DNA of 64,000 nucleotides, from positions 1,364,001-1,428,000 of the forward strand of contig BQFW01000006.1 of assembly GCA_020891255.1 (NCBI GenBank). The letters run 5' to 3'. Under the pieces are notes generated by a model, which was not told the DNA's origin, made no database searches, and saw only the letters and a list, made by a program, of their open reading frames with translations. Source of the DNA: Entomortierella parvispora E1425 (taxonomy: Eukaryota; Fungi; Mortierellomycota). Shown piece by piece: positions 49,584-61,586 of this stretch (within the stretch, counting starts at the first letter, position 1; each line of letters opens with the position of its first letter). The position numbers were made by a program, and so were the translations under genes.

Positions 49584-50476
49584 CTATCGGCGATATATTG
49601 TTTCCTTGAAGCTCCATCTTTTCAAGTGAGCAATGTGCCAAAGAACATCGGGAGGGCCTCGAAATGTTTCTAATCCATCTGCTGGAGTCCATGTCGCCCC
49701 TAAGTTACAGATATCGATATCAACGTTCGTAGATTTGTCTTTGAAATTCAAAAACATACAGGAACTCCTCAAGTCCATTATGTATTGATCTGAACAGTCC
49801 TTCTCTCCCCACCCCAGTTAGCGAATGCTGAGATCGAAAAGGTGGCTTTGTCAGCACCGTGAGCATTTATTGCTTTATCATGACAGTAGTGCAATGGTCT
49901 TTTGTGCCACGCTCTTATTGAACCCTGCAAAATAATATCGTTGTACGTCGCGCGGATCCGAGTTGGGTTGGAGCCCCTTTTGCCATACAGTGACACGCTA
50001 CAACTCATCCAGGCTGTTGTCTTTGATGAGGATGGTATTTGGGGGTGCTCGAAATTGACCTCGAGCGATGCCAAGAACTCCAATTGCTTGAATCTGACGT
50101 TTTGTGTTGACCAGGTAACGCTTTAGTGCAATTCATAGACGTATGGTGTGCCGTTGCGAGCTCTGGTTGGTGTTGACCAAGGAACCCTTTTACTATCCAA
50201 CTGGAGAGTAAACTTCAGCAGCAATGTCTCCGCTTCATGGTCTCCTCTAGAAATGGTCGTTTGCAGATTTTTATTAGGTGAAGCTGCTGGATACTCGATT
50301 ACATCTCCGTGCTTCCTTGATGGAGTCTCGGACTCGAGAATGTCGATGAAATTATTCTTCTTCGTAACCGTGGTGTCCGATAGCTCAGTATGAAGTTCAG
50401 TCCCAGCTGGCTGGGCTTGTGTAAGGTAGAGTAGTATCACCAGGTGTCGATTTTCTCGTGGAGTTCTCAATGTCAT
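49584..50476 (-). pseudogene. Probable degenerate ORF of unknown family
   Basis: ORFs 50476-50123 and 50083-49778 are in one frame separated by a single TAA (YELH*SVTWST). A third ORF (49778-49584) begins at a TAATG overlap. Confidence 0.45.
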
Positions 50477-51259
50477 TCAAGACCACGCGGATTTGATTCA
50501 CTGTGAAGCTTGTTAAACACAAAGGCTGTGAGCTTCACACTAGACTATCCTTTGGTTGTCACCTTGAAGGCCTAAAGACTGGCCAAAGTAAGGTGTTAAA
50601 GTTGAGGAAACGCGTATGAACGCCTGCATGGTTCATATAAGTTGTGTCCTCGCCGAAGTGGAGGAACATTGTTGAAGTTGTTCCTCTCACCCCAATTCAT
50701 GATCCACCCGTGCGACGCTGAAAACAAGGATTGTGTGGGCCCTCAACAATTTTTCCACCTTTAGAACCACTGCCATGGTCACCAGCAAACTCCGTGTGAC
50801 AGCACCTATCATTAATCAGCTGGTGCTTCGTTTTTGGATGTGAGGTTGGACCAAGTGTAAGCTAAATGAGTTGGATGAAGAAGCACGAGCAATCAGAGAA
50901 GCGCGAGGAGGACAACTTAGGCTAAGCCCCCACTCCCCTCCGTGTCTATTTTGAGTCGGTTGGAGACTCGTTTTGTTTGCATTTTAGGAAAACATGGAAT
51001 CGATCACGCATCCGACCGTTGAGTTGTACCTGCCATGCTGAGGTAGATTTCCTGTTTTTTTCAGGGTAAGACGGACGCGACGCGTCTGGGTCTGTCTCAA
51101 CAAAATGGAATATTTTAGTTTTAGTTTTTTTTTTTTTTGCTTCAGTGCGCTGTATATCTTGTCCCTCTTTGCGCTCTATCGCAGCTGTTTTCTTCTCTTC
51201 TGTTGGGTCCCCAGTGCTAAATTCCACCTCGCCCCTCATCCAAAGGACGTTCCAAAGTC

Positions 51260-53125
51260 ATGGATCCCTACCAGCAGCACCACCCGCCTTCCAACCCGGT
51301 GGTACAAGTCGATGTGATCGAGGAGGCGACCGTCCAGCCTCATCATATCGATCACCAACACTACATGCAACCTCACCATGAACATCAACAACAACAGCAG
51401 CAACAACAACAGGAGATTATACACTCTCAGGATGACAACCCTCATAACGCACACAACCTCTACATCTATCAGCCTCCTCAATTCCATTCTGGCATGCAGC
51501 CCATGGCTCCGCCCCAAGCCCACATTGCTCCTTCATCCACCTTCCGATCCTCGGATCCAGTGATCGGAGCTGGCCAGCCTCCACTCGAGGCCTCTTGCTC
51601 CTCTTCCATGACAGCCACGCCTACTGAGGCTCTGTCTTACAGCAGTCGCGCCTCGTCTGTTTTCGGGTCCTTGTTTCAACAAAAACAACACGCACGAAAA
51701 TCCTCTTCAGTCTTGGGCTGGGATTCTGACGATGATGAGGAGCTGGATCAGGTTACCATGTCTGCAAACGGTGCTAACAACAACAACAACAATGAAATTA
51801 GTGCCGCGCATCGGCCAGAATCAACCTCAGGGTCCGAAGAGCCTCTTGCGCCCATGAGCGAAAAGAGTCCATGGTTAAGAAAGCAGCACGGGAAACAAAA
51901 GCAGGTCAAGACGTGTCTCTGTTTGGGTGTGATTCTCTGTTTCTTGGTCTTGGGTGTCATCTTGGTCTTCACGCTGAAAGAGCAGATGGCAAAACGAGTC
52001 GTGGGCTCGCAACCTCACCAAGGAGGAGGTGATGACAAGGGTCCCGGAGGTGGAGAGGACACGCGAAAGCGCTTACACGAGTCGATCGAGTCCATGTATC
52101 ACGTCAACAAGACCATCAACCGTGACGCCCGATTGCCGAATGTGCTTTACGGTCTGGATTACACTCCTCGAGGATCGCAAGAGCCTGGATGTAAAATCAA
52201 CCTGGGAACGGTGATTGAAGACATCAAGGTCATCTCTCAATTAACGAACCGCATCCGTCTCTACGGTATGGCCTGTCGTCAAGCCGAGTATGTTCTCAAG
52301 GCGATAGAATACCTGGAATTGAAGGAGATGCAAGTCATCTTGACCCTCTGGGTCGATCACAACCCACAGGCCTCTTGGGAGCGCCAGTCCAAGATGTTTT
52401 GGCACCTGATTGACAATGAACTCCAAATGGATGCCGGCGGCAACACCAATGATGGGCCCCAGACCTCTACCACAACGGGAACGGTTCACATCTCCAAGAT
52501 CGCATCCAGAATCATTGGTGTCTCTGTCGGAAATGAGGTTCTCTTCCGCAACGAGGACAAGAGCAAGCCAAAGGAACGCGTTCCTCTGGATACCTTGATT
52601 GACTACATGAATCAGATCCGTTCTGGCCTTGCACAAAGAGCCGCCGCCGCTGCTGCATCGTCGGACCCACAGCTTGTGGCACAAGGTGAAAAGTTGGCCC
52701 AGATTCCTGTCTTCTCGTCCGATCTGGGTAGAAATGCGCACCAGATTGTGGACCAAGAGGATTGGGTCATGTCCAACATCCATCCATTCTTTGCCAACAC
52801 TGCCGTGGAGAATGCGGCCACATGGGCGTTTGCCAATTTTAAGGACGAGACATTGAAGGCGGCTGCAGGAAAGCCAGCCATGATCTCAGAGGTTGGGTGG
52901 CCGAGTGGACCCGCCTCGGCCAAGATGGGATCGGCGGTGCCCTCGGTCGAGAACTTGCAAACCTTCTTGGATACCTGGGTGTGCCAGGCAAACAGCAGGA
53001 ATGTACCATACTATTACTTTGAGGCGTTTGATGAGCCTTGGAAGAACTCTATCAATTCTCGCGAGGCTCAATGGGGGCTGATGACGGTGGATCGCAGGCT
53101 CAAGGTCAACATCCCAGTCTGCTGA
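51260..53125 (+). CDS. btgC: GH17 endo-1,3-beta-glucanase/transglucosylase, type II membrane (BtgC-like)
   Basis: Single TM LCLGVILCFLVLGVILVFTL, then YGLDYTPRG, IRLYGMAC, GVSVGNEVLFR, MSNIHPFF, ISEVGWPS and YYYFEAFDEPWK. Confidence 0.88.
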   Translation: MDPYQQHHPPSNPVVQVDVIEEATVQPHHIDHQHYMQPHHEHQQQQQQQQQEIIHSQDDNPHNAHNLYIYQPPQFHSGMQPMAPPQAHIAPSSTFRSSDPVIGAGQPPLEASCSSSMTATPTEALSYSSRASSVFGSLFQQKQHARKSSSVLGWDSDDDEELDQVTMSANGANNNNNNEISAAHRPESTSGSEEPLAPMSEKSPWLRKQHGKQKQVKTCLCLGVILCFLVLGVILVFTLKEQMAKRVVGSQPHQGGGDDKGPGGGEDTRKRLHESIESMYHVNKTINRDARLPNVLYGLDYTPRGSQEPGCKINLGTVIEDIKVISQLTNRIRLYGMACRQAEYVLKAIEYLELKEMQVILTLWVDHNPQASWERQSKMFWHLIDNELQMDAGGNTNDGPQTSTTTGTVHISKIASRIIGVSVGNEVLFRNEDKSKPKERVPLDTLIDYMNQIRSGLAQRAAAAAASSDPQLVAQGEKLAQIPVFSSDLGRNAHQIVDQEDWVMSNIHPFFANTAVENAATWAFANFKDETLKAAAGKPAMISEVGWPSGPASAKMGSAVPSVENLQTFLDTWVCQANSRNVPYYYFEAFDEPWKNSINSREAQWGLMTVDRRLKVNIPVC

Positions 53126-53267
53126 AGGAACTTCGTAAAAAAATAGGACTCCAGAAAATATCATTAAAAAAATATCACGTGATTATATGCACCCGCTTCG
53201 CCGAACTTGATCTTGACATGCATGCGAACTGCCCTTCCTTTGCATTACATTGGCCACATTCGCCACC

Positions 53268-54667
53268 ATGAATCCTTTAAATGTCCGGAAGGCCTTTGTC
53301 TACGACAAGATCATCAACTGGTTCCCTGGCCACATGGCCAAGGGTTTACGATTGATCACTGAAAAGCTCAACACAGTCCAAGTGATCATTGAGGTGCGGG
53401 ATGCCAGGATCCCTCTTTCGTCCATCAACCATAAATTTGAGCCGATTGCTCAACGCAAGGATCGATTAATTGTTTACAATAAGTCAGATCTGGCTCACCC
53501 AAGTACAGAAGCTGTAAGATTGTAGCGCTTGGATATATGGATGTATGCTTGGATCTCCCAGCCATGGTTTTTTTTTTTTTTTTTTTTTTGAAACTAAAGA
53601 ACGCGTCTGGATAACCTATACTCGTCTCTAGATTATCACCAAGGCATTCAAGGAGTTCAAGAATCAGGATGTTGTATTCACAAACGCGAACGAAGATGTG
53701 AATGTCAAAGGGATCATCAAGTACCTTGCTAGTAAGGGACATCATCTCCTTCCTCCCGATTTATGGGGGAAAAAAAAATCAAAATGGGAACAAGGTCTCA
53801 ACTCTTTTTATTTTTTTCATGTTGTTTGTTTTAGAAAAAGCAAAGGCGTCAGGCACAGCAGCCAACAAAGAGTTATCAACAACAGTCATGGTAGTCGGGA
53901 TGCCCAATGTTGGAAAGTCATCCTTGATCAACTCCCTTCGACGGATAGGTGTGAAAAAGGGGAAAGCAGCACCCACAGGAGCCATTCCAGGCATCACTCG
54001 AACGGTGGCAGGGACGATCAAAGTCTTGGAATCACCCAAAGTCTACCTCATCGATACCCCCGGAGTCATGATCCCTCATATTGCAGACCCAGTCTCAGCC
54101 ATCAAGGTCGCACTCACAGGAGCCATCTCAGACCACCTTTCAGACGAGGAAGTCATTGCGGATTACCTGCTGTTTCAGCTCAACCAAGAGAAGGATTACA
54201 GGTAAAGGGGCCTCCTCTGTTTCCCCCTCAGCTACTGCGGACCAAAGTAATGTGGACAAAGCAAAAAGCCGGAAGGTTAATCAGACTTCACTCTCCTCTT
54301 TCTCCTTCTTTATTGCAGTTACATGAAATTATTCAATATTAAGGAGCCAACAGATGACATCAGGGTATTTTTACCCCAGGTCGCCAAATACATTGGAGCA
54401 TTGAAGAAGGGCGGTGAATACAACTTGGAGGCAGCAGCTCAATTCTTGTTGAAGCAGTACCGGTTAGGAAAGTTAGGTCATTGGACCTTGGATGATCTCA
54501 GTCCGGAACATCTCGAACAATTCTTGACCAAAGAGGCCGAAGAGTCTGTGAGTCGGAGGCAGCAGAAAAAGTCGGACAAATTAGAAGAGCGCAGGATCCA
54601 GCGGCAGATCAAGCAGCGCAATTGGGAGGAACGTGAAAGAGCTCACTCAATAGACGCCAAGTTGTAA
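53268..54667 (+). CDS. MTG1: Mitochondrial ribosome-assembly GTPase 1 (circularly permuted)
   Basis: Exons 53268-53513, 53632-53731, 53835-54201 and 54319-54667. WFPGHMAKG, EVRDARIPLSS, NKSD, GMPNVGKSSLIN and DTPG. Confidence 0.95.
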
Positions 54668-54855
54668 CGCGGCAAACACCTGACAATAAAAAAAACCCCT
54701 CCCAAAATGAATAGCAACAGTCATATCATGAGAGACAACAATGGTTTGAATGAAAATGATATTTATTTTAACAATACAAGAGTTGTACAAAAAAACAGAT
54801 CTAGAGCCAAATATTGCAGGGAGGATTGGATCAAGATAAAGGTTTTAAGGCGCGA

Positions 54856-57800
54856 TCACCGTTCATGGCCGTGGACACGCACGCGATACACGCAGGTGTA
54901 GGCAGGGTTTCCCCAGTTGGACTTGATACGGAACACAATACCCTGCGAGGGCTCAGTTTGTTTTGAGAGAGGGATCGAGAAGGTCTGTCGAGTTTTTGCG
55001 TGCTTCAGGTCGGCTTTCAGCTCTGTCTCTATATCTCCGACGTTTCCAGAAGAGTGAGGCGTACGGTTATTGGAAACTCCAGCGCTTGCATCGTAAACAA
55101 TCGTCGTCAAGAGTCTTGCGCCGGGCCAGGGAGCTCCCTCGCGCCACCAAGAGCCAAACTCCTTGGCTTCGCTCGCTGTTGGTGCTACCGAAGGGGTTTC
55201 TCCCAAAATATCCTGATCCGCTGAATTGTCCTTACTCTTGTCCTTGACAGTCGAGGAAGGATGGAGAGGCGACGTAGGAGCTGAATCCGCATCAGTGGTG
55301 AGGCTCCAAACCTCAATTTCACGGGCTGCGCTCCCAGAATCAAGCAAAACACTTGGGTCTGCATGCTCAATCGTCACCTCCGTAACAACAATTTTCCTCG
55401 CCAAGCGCACTGCCAGTTGTCCCTCATGTCCCTCCATAGCCCAACATTCGCCAGCATGGATATCGGGCTCAATTGCCTTCTCTGCTGGCTTTTCACGTCG
55501 TGGCAATGGGAAGAGGAATCGTGCTCCAAGACGACCAAAGAGTGTTGGCTTCACAACATGATGGTAGTTGGGCGAAGTGAGACGAGGAATAATTCGTCCT
55601 CCTGCAGAGTAGAGGGCGTAGTCAGGTTTGGCCAGCACATCGGCAGAGTATTTCTCGAGAGCCTCATCAATCAAACTGTTCACAAGGTCGCGCTCAACGT
55701 CAGATAATTCTGTGTTGTGATCAAACACTCCAGTCGAAGGGTTTCCTCCAGCACCGCCATGGTGGAATGGTGCGCGACCCTTGAGTTTTCCTTGTTTCTC
55801 CAGCAATGCCACCACATTCTTCTCCAGGCTCTTCCAGATCTGTGTTGCCTCAGTCTTTACCATATTCAAGAAGACTGTCCGAGAAACGATCGTGGCCCTT
55901 CCATCGACATAGTTGGAGATTGGAATCCTGTTTTCGTTAAGAAATTCATCCCAAGACATGGATCGGGTAACCTTCTTGCTGTCCTTGGAGGCCTTCGAGC
56001 CCCAGCCCCATTTGCTGGGGTTCGATTCGGTACCATCTGATGCATCGTGACTCGACTCCATTCCAAGTCTAGAGAGCTTGTCGTCAATGGTCTTTTGCAC
56101 TTGGTCCGAGGTCATGAAAAGTTCACGAGCAGAGTCCCAGAAAGAGGCAGGAATCGACAACTTCCCGCTCTCGGGATCCTTGGAGACGACCAGGTAGCGT
56201 GGGATCTGATCCCGGAAAACCTCGAGCACCTTGAGTTCGATCCATCGTCCATCTGCAATGTACTTTTTCAGGGACGTAACATCATCCGAAACCCTCTGAA
56301 GCTTGTGTTCGAATCCTTCGATCCAGACAGACATGTCCTCCACTTTGGTATCGGTCTCACGGAGTTTGCTTTCGAGGTAGTGCTGGAGGTCTTCCAGTGG
56401 CTTGGCAAGGTTGCTGTTGACACGGTGTTCTAGCCCACGGAGCTCCGCAATCTCCTTTTCCTTTTGAGCGATCGCGCTACGGAAGCGATTCTCTAAGCTC
56501 TGCACCTCCTTTTCCTTTTCTGCAATCGTTTGTTCAAATCCTTCAAATCGACGTTCGAGATCATGCATCTGACCTCCTTTGGTATTGAGCTTCTCAAGAA
56601 CGCTGTCCTCCAAGCCCTTGAATCCATCTGCCAATTTGCTATCCGTTCGACGCAGGTCAACAAGCGTGTTTTGGATCCATGCAATTCGTTCTTCCAGTTC
56701 CTCTAGTGATTGGATATCGCCCTCTGGTAATTCAATCCTGGGTGTACCTCTGTGATTCTTGAAGGGGATCCATAAATCCAGCGTTGGTAACCGTGGGACC
56801 CAGTCGTTCCAACTGACTTTAGATTCTTCTTTGTTGTCTCCTTGAGAATTGGCCCTCCATGCAATGCCTTCCCATGCACGGCTAAGACTGCTAGTAATGA
56901 AGTTGGGACGACTAGTGCGTGTGTGGTTCAACATCGATTCATCTGGACCAGTTCTGCCATTCCACGAACTTGAAGGATCGTGTGAGATTTGCTCGTCGGG
57001 TTGCGAGTACATAATCAAGGAGGCGAGAAGGACCACTCCGAAAAGGGTACCAGGGTTCAAAAGACCAACAGCAACACCGGCCTCGTACCATTCTCGGGAG
57101 AGCTGGTGAACTTTGTGCCTCTGTGTCCAAGGCCAAGTCAATGATAACCGAATGCAGGTCCAAAGAAGCCATAGGAACGACATAGAGGCGATGGCGATGG
57201 CGTTATAGAGGTCCATTCCTTTCTGGGTATAATAGACGAGGTTGCGCCACAGAACATGCCAGGGATAGATGCGCTTTGTTGACCGCCGCTGACGACGGGA
57301 TTTTGACTCGACTTGCTGGAATTCCTCCATTGGGGAAGGAGAAAACGATGGGTAGTAGCGTTCATCTTCTTGATCAAGGATGTCTACATCTGCAGACTCG
57401 TAATCGCTTTCCGACTCCAGATCCAGCTCTGGGTACTCGGGGTCCTCTCGAAGATACGTGGAGCTACGTGTTGGTGTTGAATGGCGTTCAGTTGGTCGGT
57501 ATTCGTCTTCAGGTTGATTCTCACGGTCCAAATTCTCAAGGTCAGTTTCGACGTGGAGATCATCCTGAAATGGATCCTCCATTTTATCGTTGTAGCCGTC
57601 CTGCGACATGCTCATTGCCACGCCTGAGTCAAAATTGCGAAGAGTCTGGGTTCCGTATCGCTCATGAGTCTTGGGTGCTTCTCGCTGAAGAGAGTTGCCT
57701 GTGAATTGTGTGCGAAGAGGGGGGATGCGTGGCAGTCTAGCTTGCCGTTGACGGAAATAAAGATCCTGGGTGGCGCGAGCACGGGCACTGGAAGCCGACA

Positions 57801-58711
57801 TGGCCGAGTCGCTCTCTTCACCATCTGATTCAGAAGCGGCGCCGTCTTTCCTTGGGGTGCTCCAGCCGTTTTTGAGCGATCGTGTGATTCTCTTGATGAA
57901 TCCCAGCTGCGTGGACTCCCGGATCCTCTCCCTCTCCTCTGCATCCAACTCGGCCTGTGTTAGCTCGGGCTCTTCTTGGTCCTGGTCTTGGTCTTGGTCA
58001 AGTACGTCAGTTTCGGGAAAGACCTCCTCAACCTCAGCGGGCTCAGCGCCTTCATCCTGCAGGCTATCGGACTCTAGGACCAAGTTGATGAAACCACTAT
58101 GGGATCGAGTAGGTGTTGCTCTTCCTGCCCAGCTTGACTCGTCTTCATCGCGCTCGTCCTCAGATGAGAAGTAGAGTTTACGTGGGATTTTTTCGGTGGA
58201 CAAGGGGGTGTCTCTTGGTCGGTATTTCATTCGCCAACGCGCAGAGGTTATTGATGGAGAAGCGCCGCGGTCGCCGCTTTCCGGCAGGACATCCACTACG
58301 CCATCCATGTAGTTGGAGGGTCTAGGTGAGTGGCCACTTTGCCCCAGCGGTCGTAAGGGCAGTCGCGGAGACATGAATTGGCTAGTGTTGCCCCGACTGG
58401 GAGTGCGCTTCGGAGTCCTGGGCCCTTCTACTGTGGTGCCTATTACTCCAGGCAAGAGCAGGGTTTCGGAGGAGGAAAGACGTGGCTACGCAGAATAGCG
58501 AATAGGTAAACAAGAATGCCTTTGAGTTATCACTGTACACCAAGGGGTATGAAGTGAAAACGTGGAGGGCTCGTCCCACGAGCGAGAGCAAAGGCTGTCC
58601 AAATAACGCGTGAAGGTCGCTATCAAAACAAAGGGTGTGTTGAAAACAGAGGAGGGAGCTTACCGACGTAGGGTGGGCCTGCCGTGTCCTTGGACTACTG
58701 GCCGTATTCAT
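54856..58711 (-). CDS. SUN-domain (Sad1/UNC-84) inner nuclear membrane protein
   Basis: Exon 58711-58664 spliced in frame to 58485-54856. TM segments, a coiled coil, and SUN motifs PDYALYSAGGRII, GECWAM, EVTIEH and FRIKSNWGNPAYTCVYRVRVHG. Confidence 0.92.
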
Positions 58712-59222
58712 TTATGCTTGCTGTGATGAATGAGAATAACAAGGAGCGGGTGGGGCCAGTGGAGACACGAGGTGGCGGGAGGAGTCAAGTTCGGCGTTCC
58801 TGAGTCTGTGCTGATGCGCGTGCGCCGCGAGATGAATGAGAATGCAAAAAAAAATAAAATAAAATGTCACCGAGAGGCAGTAGATTGACGAGCTGATTCT
58901 TTGTTGGGTGCAGAGTGCCTTTCGATTAACGCGTGTGGATGGGGAGTGATGAGGAAGGAGGGAGGAGGGGAACGCGTGATTTGATGAAGGGAAGGAAGAG
59001 AGCAAAGCAATCACTGATGTCGCCTGTTTCCACAAGGGAGGGATCGAACAATCAGAGCGAAGTGAATGAGTGAAAGAGTGAAAGAGTGTGTGTGGGAGAG
59101 AAGGGCGGAAGGAGAGGAGCGTGATTTCTTGGGTCTGTGAGTTTCGCTTGCAGGTCACAGAAAAGAAAAAAATCTTTTTCTTCGTGCTCGCTCCCTCGCT
59201 GCAATCAATCCTCGACCCCGCC

Positions 59223-61405
59223 ATGAAGACCCGCCGCAACGACCCTAGCGACGACCACAGCGACGACCACAGCGACGGCCCCGATGACGGTCCTGCCCAG
59301 AATGGCGGCATCTCGGAATAGTACGTCTCCTCATCGGCCTTTCGTCGTTTTCTCTTTGCATCCATCACAACAATGCCATGTGTCAAATTTGGTGGCGCGG
59401 GCGGGCAAATACACTTTCGTGCTTGCATGGATGGCTAAAAGCAAAACAACAACAATGTCTTGGATATCTGTGCATGTCCCTCCTTCATTTTTTCTTGTCT
59501 GATATCTGACTTTCGCTCTGAACTTTCCGAAAATGTAGCGAGCGCATGCGGTTGGAGAATATTAGGAAAAACCAAGAGGCCATGCGAAACTTTGGTATCA
59601 CCGAGGCCATCGCCGTGGTTGCAGAGTCTGCAGCCAAGAAGAAGAGGGGCAGACCCCCACTGACCCCTGGGATCCAGCGCGAAAAGAGGGTCAAAAACAC
59701 AGAGGTCTTGCCCAGGCGTCAATCTAATCGTCTTGCCAACATCGCGGTAAGGCTACTCTGCGCTCACATGGAAATTCAGCCTATTTGATGGTTAAAAAAA
59801 TCGTTGTATATTCATTCGAATTCTCTTTTTATTTCTTGGGTCAGCCCGATGATCCAGTCGCAAAAAATAAGCATGAAAATATGGCAAAGTCTTTTCAGGC
59901 ACTGGAATTTGAGAAGCGAGCACGTCGAACTGGAGATCTCTCTCTGGCTGATGTGAACGAACATGGCGACGACGCAAAGTTTTCTAAACTGATGCAGGAA
60001 ATGGCCACCTATGTACCAGAGAAGGCAAGGATGAAGGACCCTGAGGATGAGAACACGGATGACGAAACCGAAGTCAAGCAGGAGGTCAAGGATGAAAAGA
60101 TCAAAGAGGAGGAGAAGGAGGACAAGGCTGTCAAAGAGGAAAAGGACGACTCCAAGGTTGGCATCAGAAAGTACTTTAGTCCTCGCACTACCAGAGGGGC
60201 ATCCACGGCATCGAAGGATGTCAAGAAGGAAAGTCAACCCGTCAAGGCTCCGGCGTCCTCCTCATCATCAAAGGAACCTTCCCTCCGTAAGAAGGTACAA
60301 AACCTCCGAATCAAAGGTCCATGGCCAACAGCCAAGGTTTGCCAGGGTCGAATCTACTGCATGGCGGTACATGAGAACAAGGACAAGATTCTTGTTTGTG
60401 GAGGTGACATCGACGGCAATCTGGGCTTTTGGGACTTGAACGAGGATCTGGCAGACGACTATGAACCAGAGTACGACGAGGAACCCAACATTTATTCGTA
60501 CAAGGCCCACAGTCGCACATTATCCAGTATGCAGTACTCTCCTACCGACCCCACCAAACTCTTCACCTCATCTTACGATGGATCGATTCGATACTTGGAT
60601 TTGGTCAAGCAGCAGTTTATCGAATCCTATGTCGTGTCGGCTGATGCTTCTGATCACTTGGGATCCATCTCAATCGACTCCACAGGACAGCAGCTATGGT
60701 TTGCCGATGTGGAAGGTGCGGTCACGCTGAAGGACATTCGTACGCCAAAGAACGAGATTGTCTACCGCAAGACTCTACACGATAAGAAGGTCGGCTGCGT
60801 GAACGTCAACCCCAAGTACGGAAACTTGATTGTCACCTCGAGTCTCGATAGAACGATGCGAATTTGGGATATCAGGACATTTGGCAAGAGCACCAAGGTG
60901 GACGAGCCCCTTGAAGAGCTGGCTGCATTCCCTCACAACCTGAGCGTGACAAGTGCAATGTGGAGTCCTGATGGTACGTTCTGAGTCACCCAATTGCTTC
61001 GTTCATGTCGTATTGTTCTTAAACATTAACATGTTTTTTCTTTTGGTCATAGGGGCCAGCATTGCCAGTACGTCATATGATGACTACGTCCGTGTCTTTA
61101 ATAACTTTGATCCGGCCCTTCCCAATATCAAGGAGATTCCAGAGCCGATCAAGATCCGTCACAACAATCAGTCAGGTCGGTGGGTGACAATGCTCCGAGC
61201 TGTGTGGTCCCACCAGTTCAATTGGTTCTGCATTGGAAATATGAACAAATCGCTGGATATTTATTCCAGAGGAACCGGCGATCTGATGGCCAACCTGAAG
61301 GACGCTCGTGTCCTTACAACTGTTCCCGCCGTGAATGCCTGGCATCCTAACAGAGTTGTTCTTGGCAGTGGCATGGCGAACGGGAAGATGGTGATTTGGC
61401 GGTAG
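59223..61405 (+). CDS. CMR1: DNA damage-binding WD40 protein Cmr1/WDR76
   Basis: Spliced ISEYERMRLENIRKNQE, PRRQSNRLA, LHDKKVGCVNVNP, SVTSAMWSPDG, RHNNQSGRWVTMLRAVW and LTTVPAVNAWHP. Confidence 0.93.
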
Positions 61406-61586
61406 TGAATGTTCATTTTGGTCCTTGACCATACTCGTTGAATGATATTCATAAACAACTTTTTTATATTTAAAATATCTTTTTTTCGTGTGTAAATCTA
61501 TGTGGTCGTAAATATTGCTCGTGATGTTGACAAGTACTATGGGTCACCCAGAAACTACCTCAAAAAATGGGGTATCAGATGTTGTT

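Noticed and set aside
56300-56320. gttcgaatcc resembling a tRNA T-loop
   Set aside because: It lies within the SUN coding exon, and no cloverleaf or A-box is evident.
58712-59428. 238-aa minus-strand ORF upstream of the SUN gene
   Set aside because: It overlaps CMR1 exon 1 in antisense and pyrimidine-rich promoter DNA; low complexity and no motifs.
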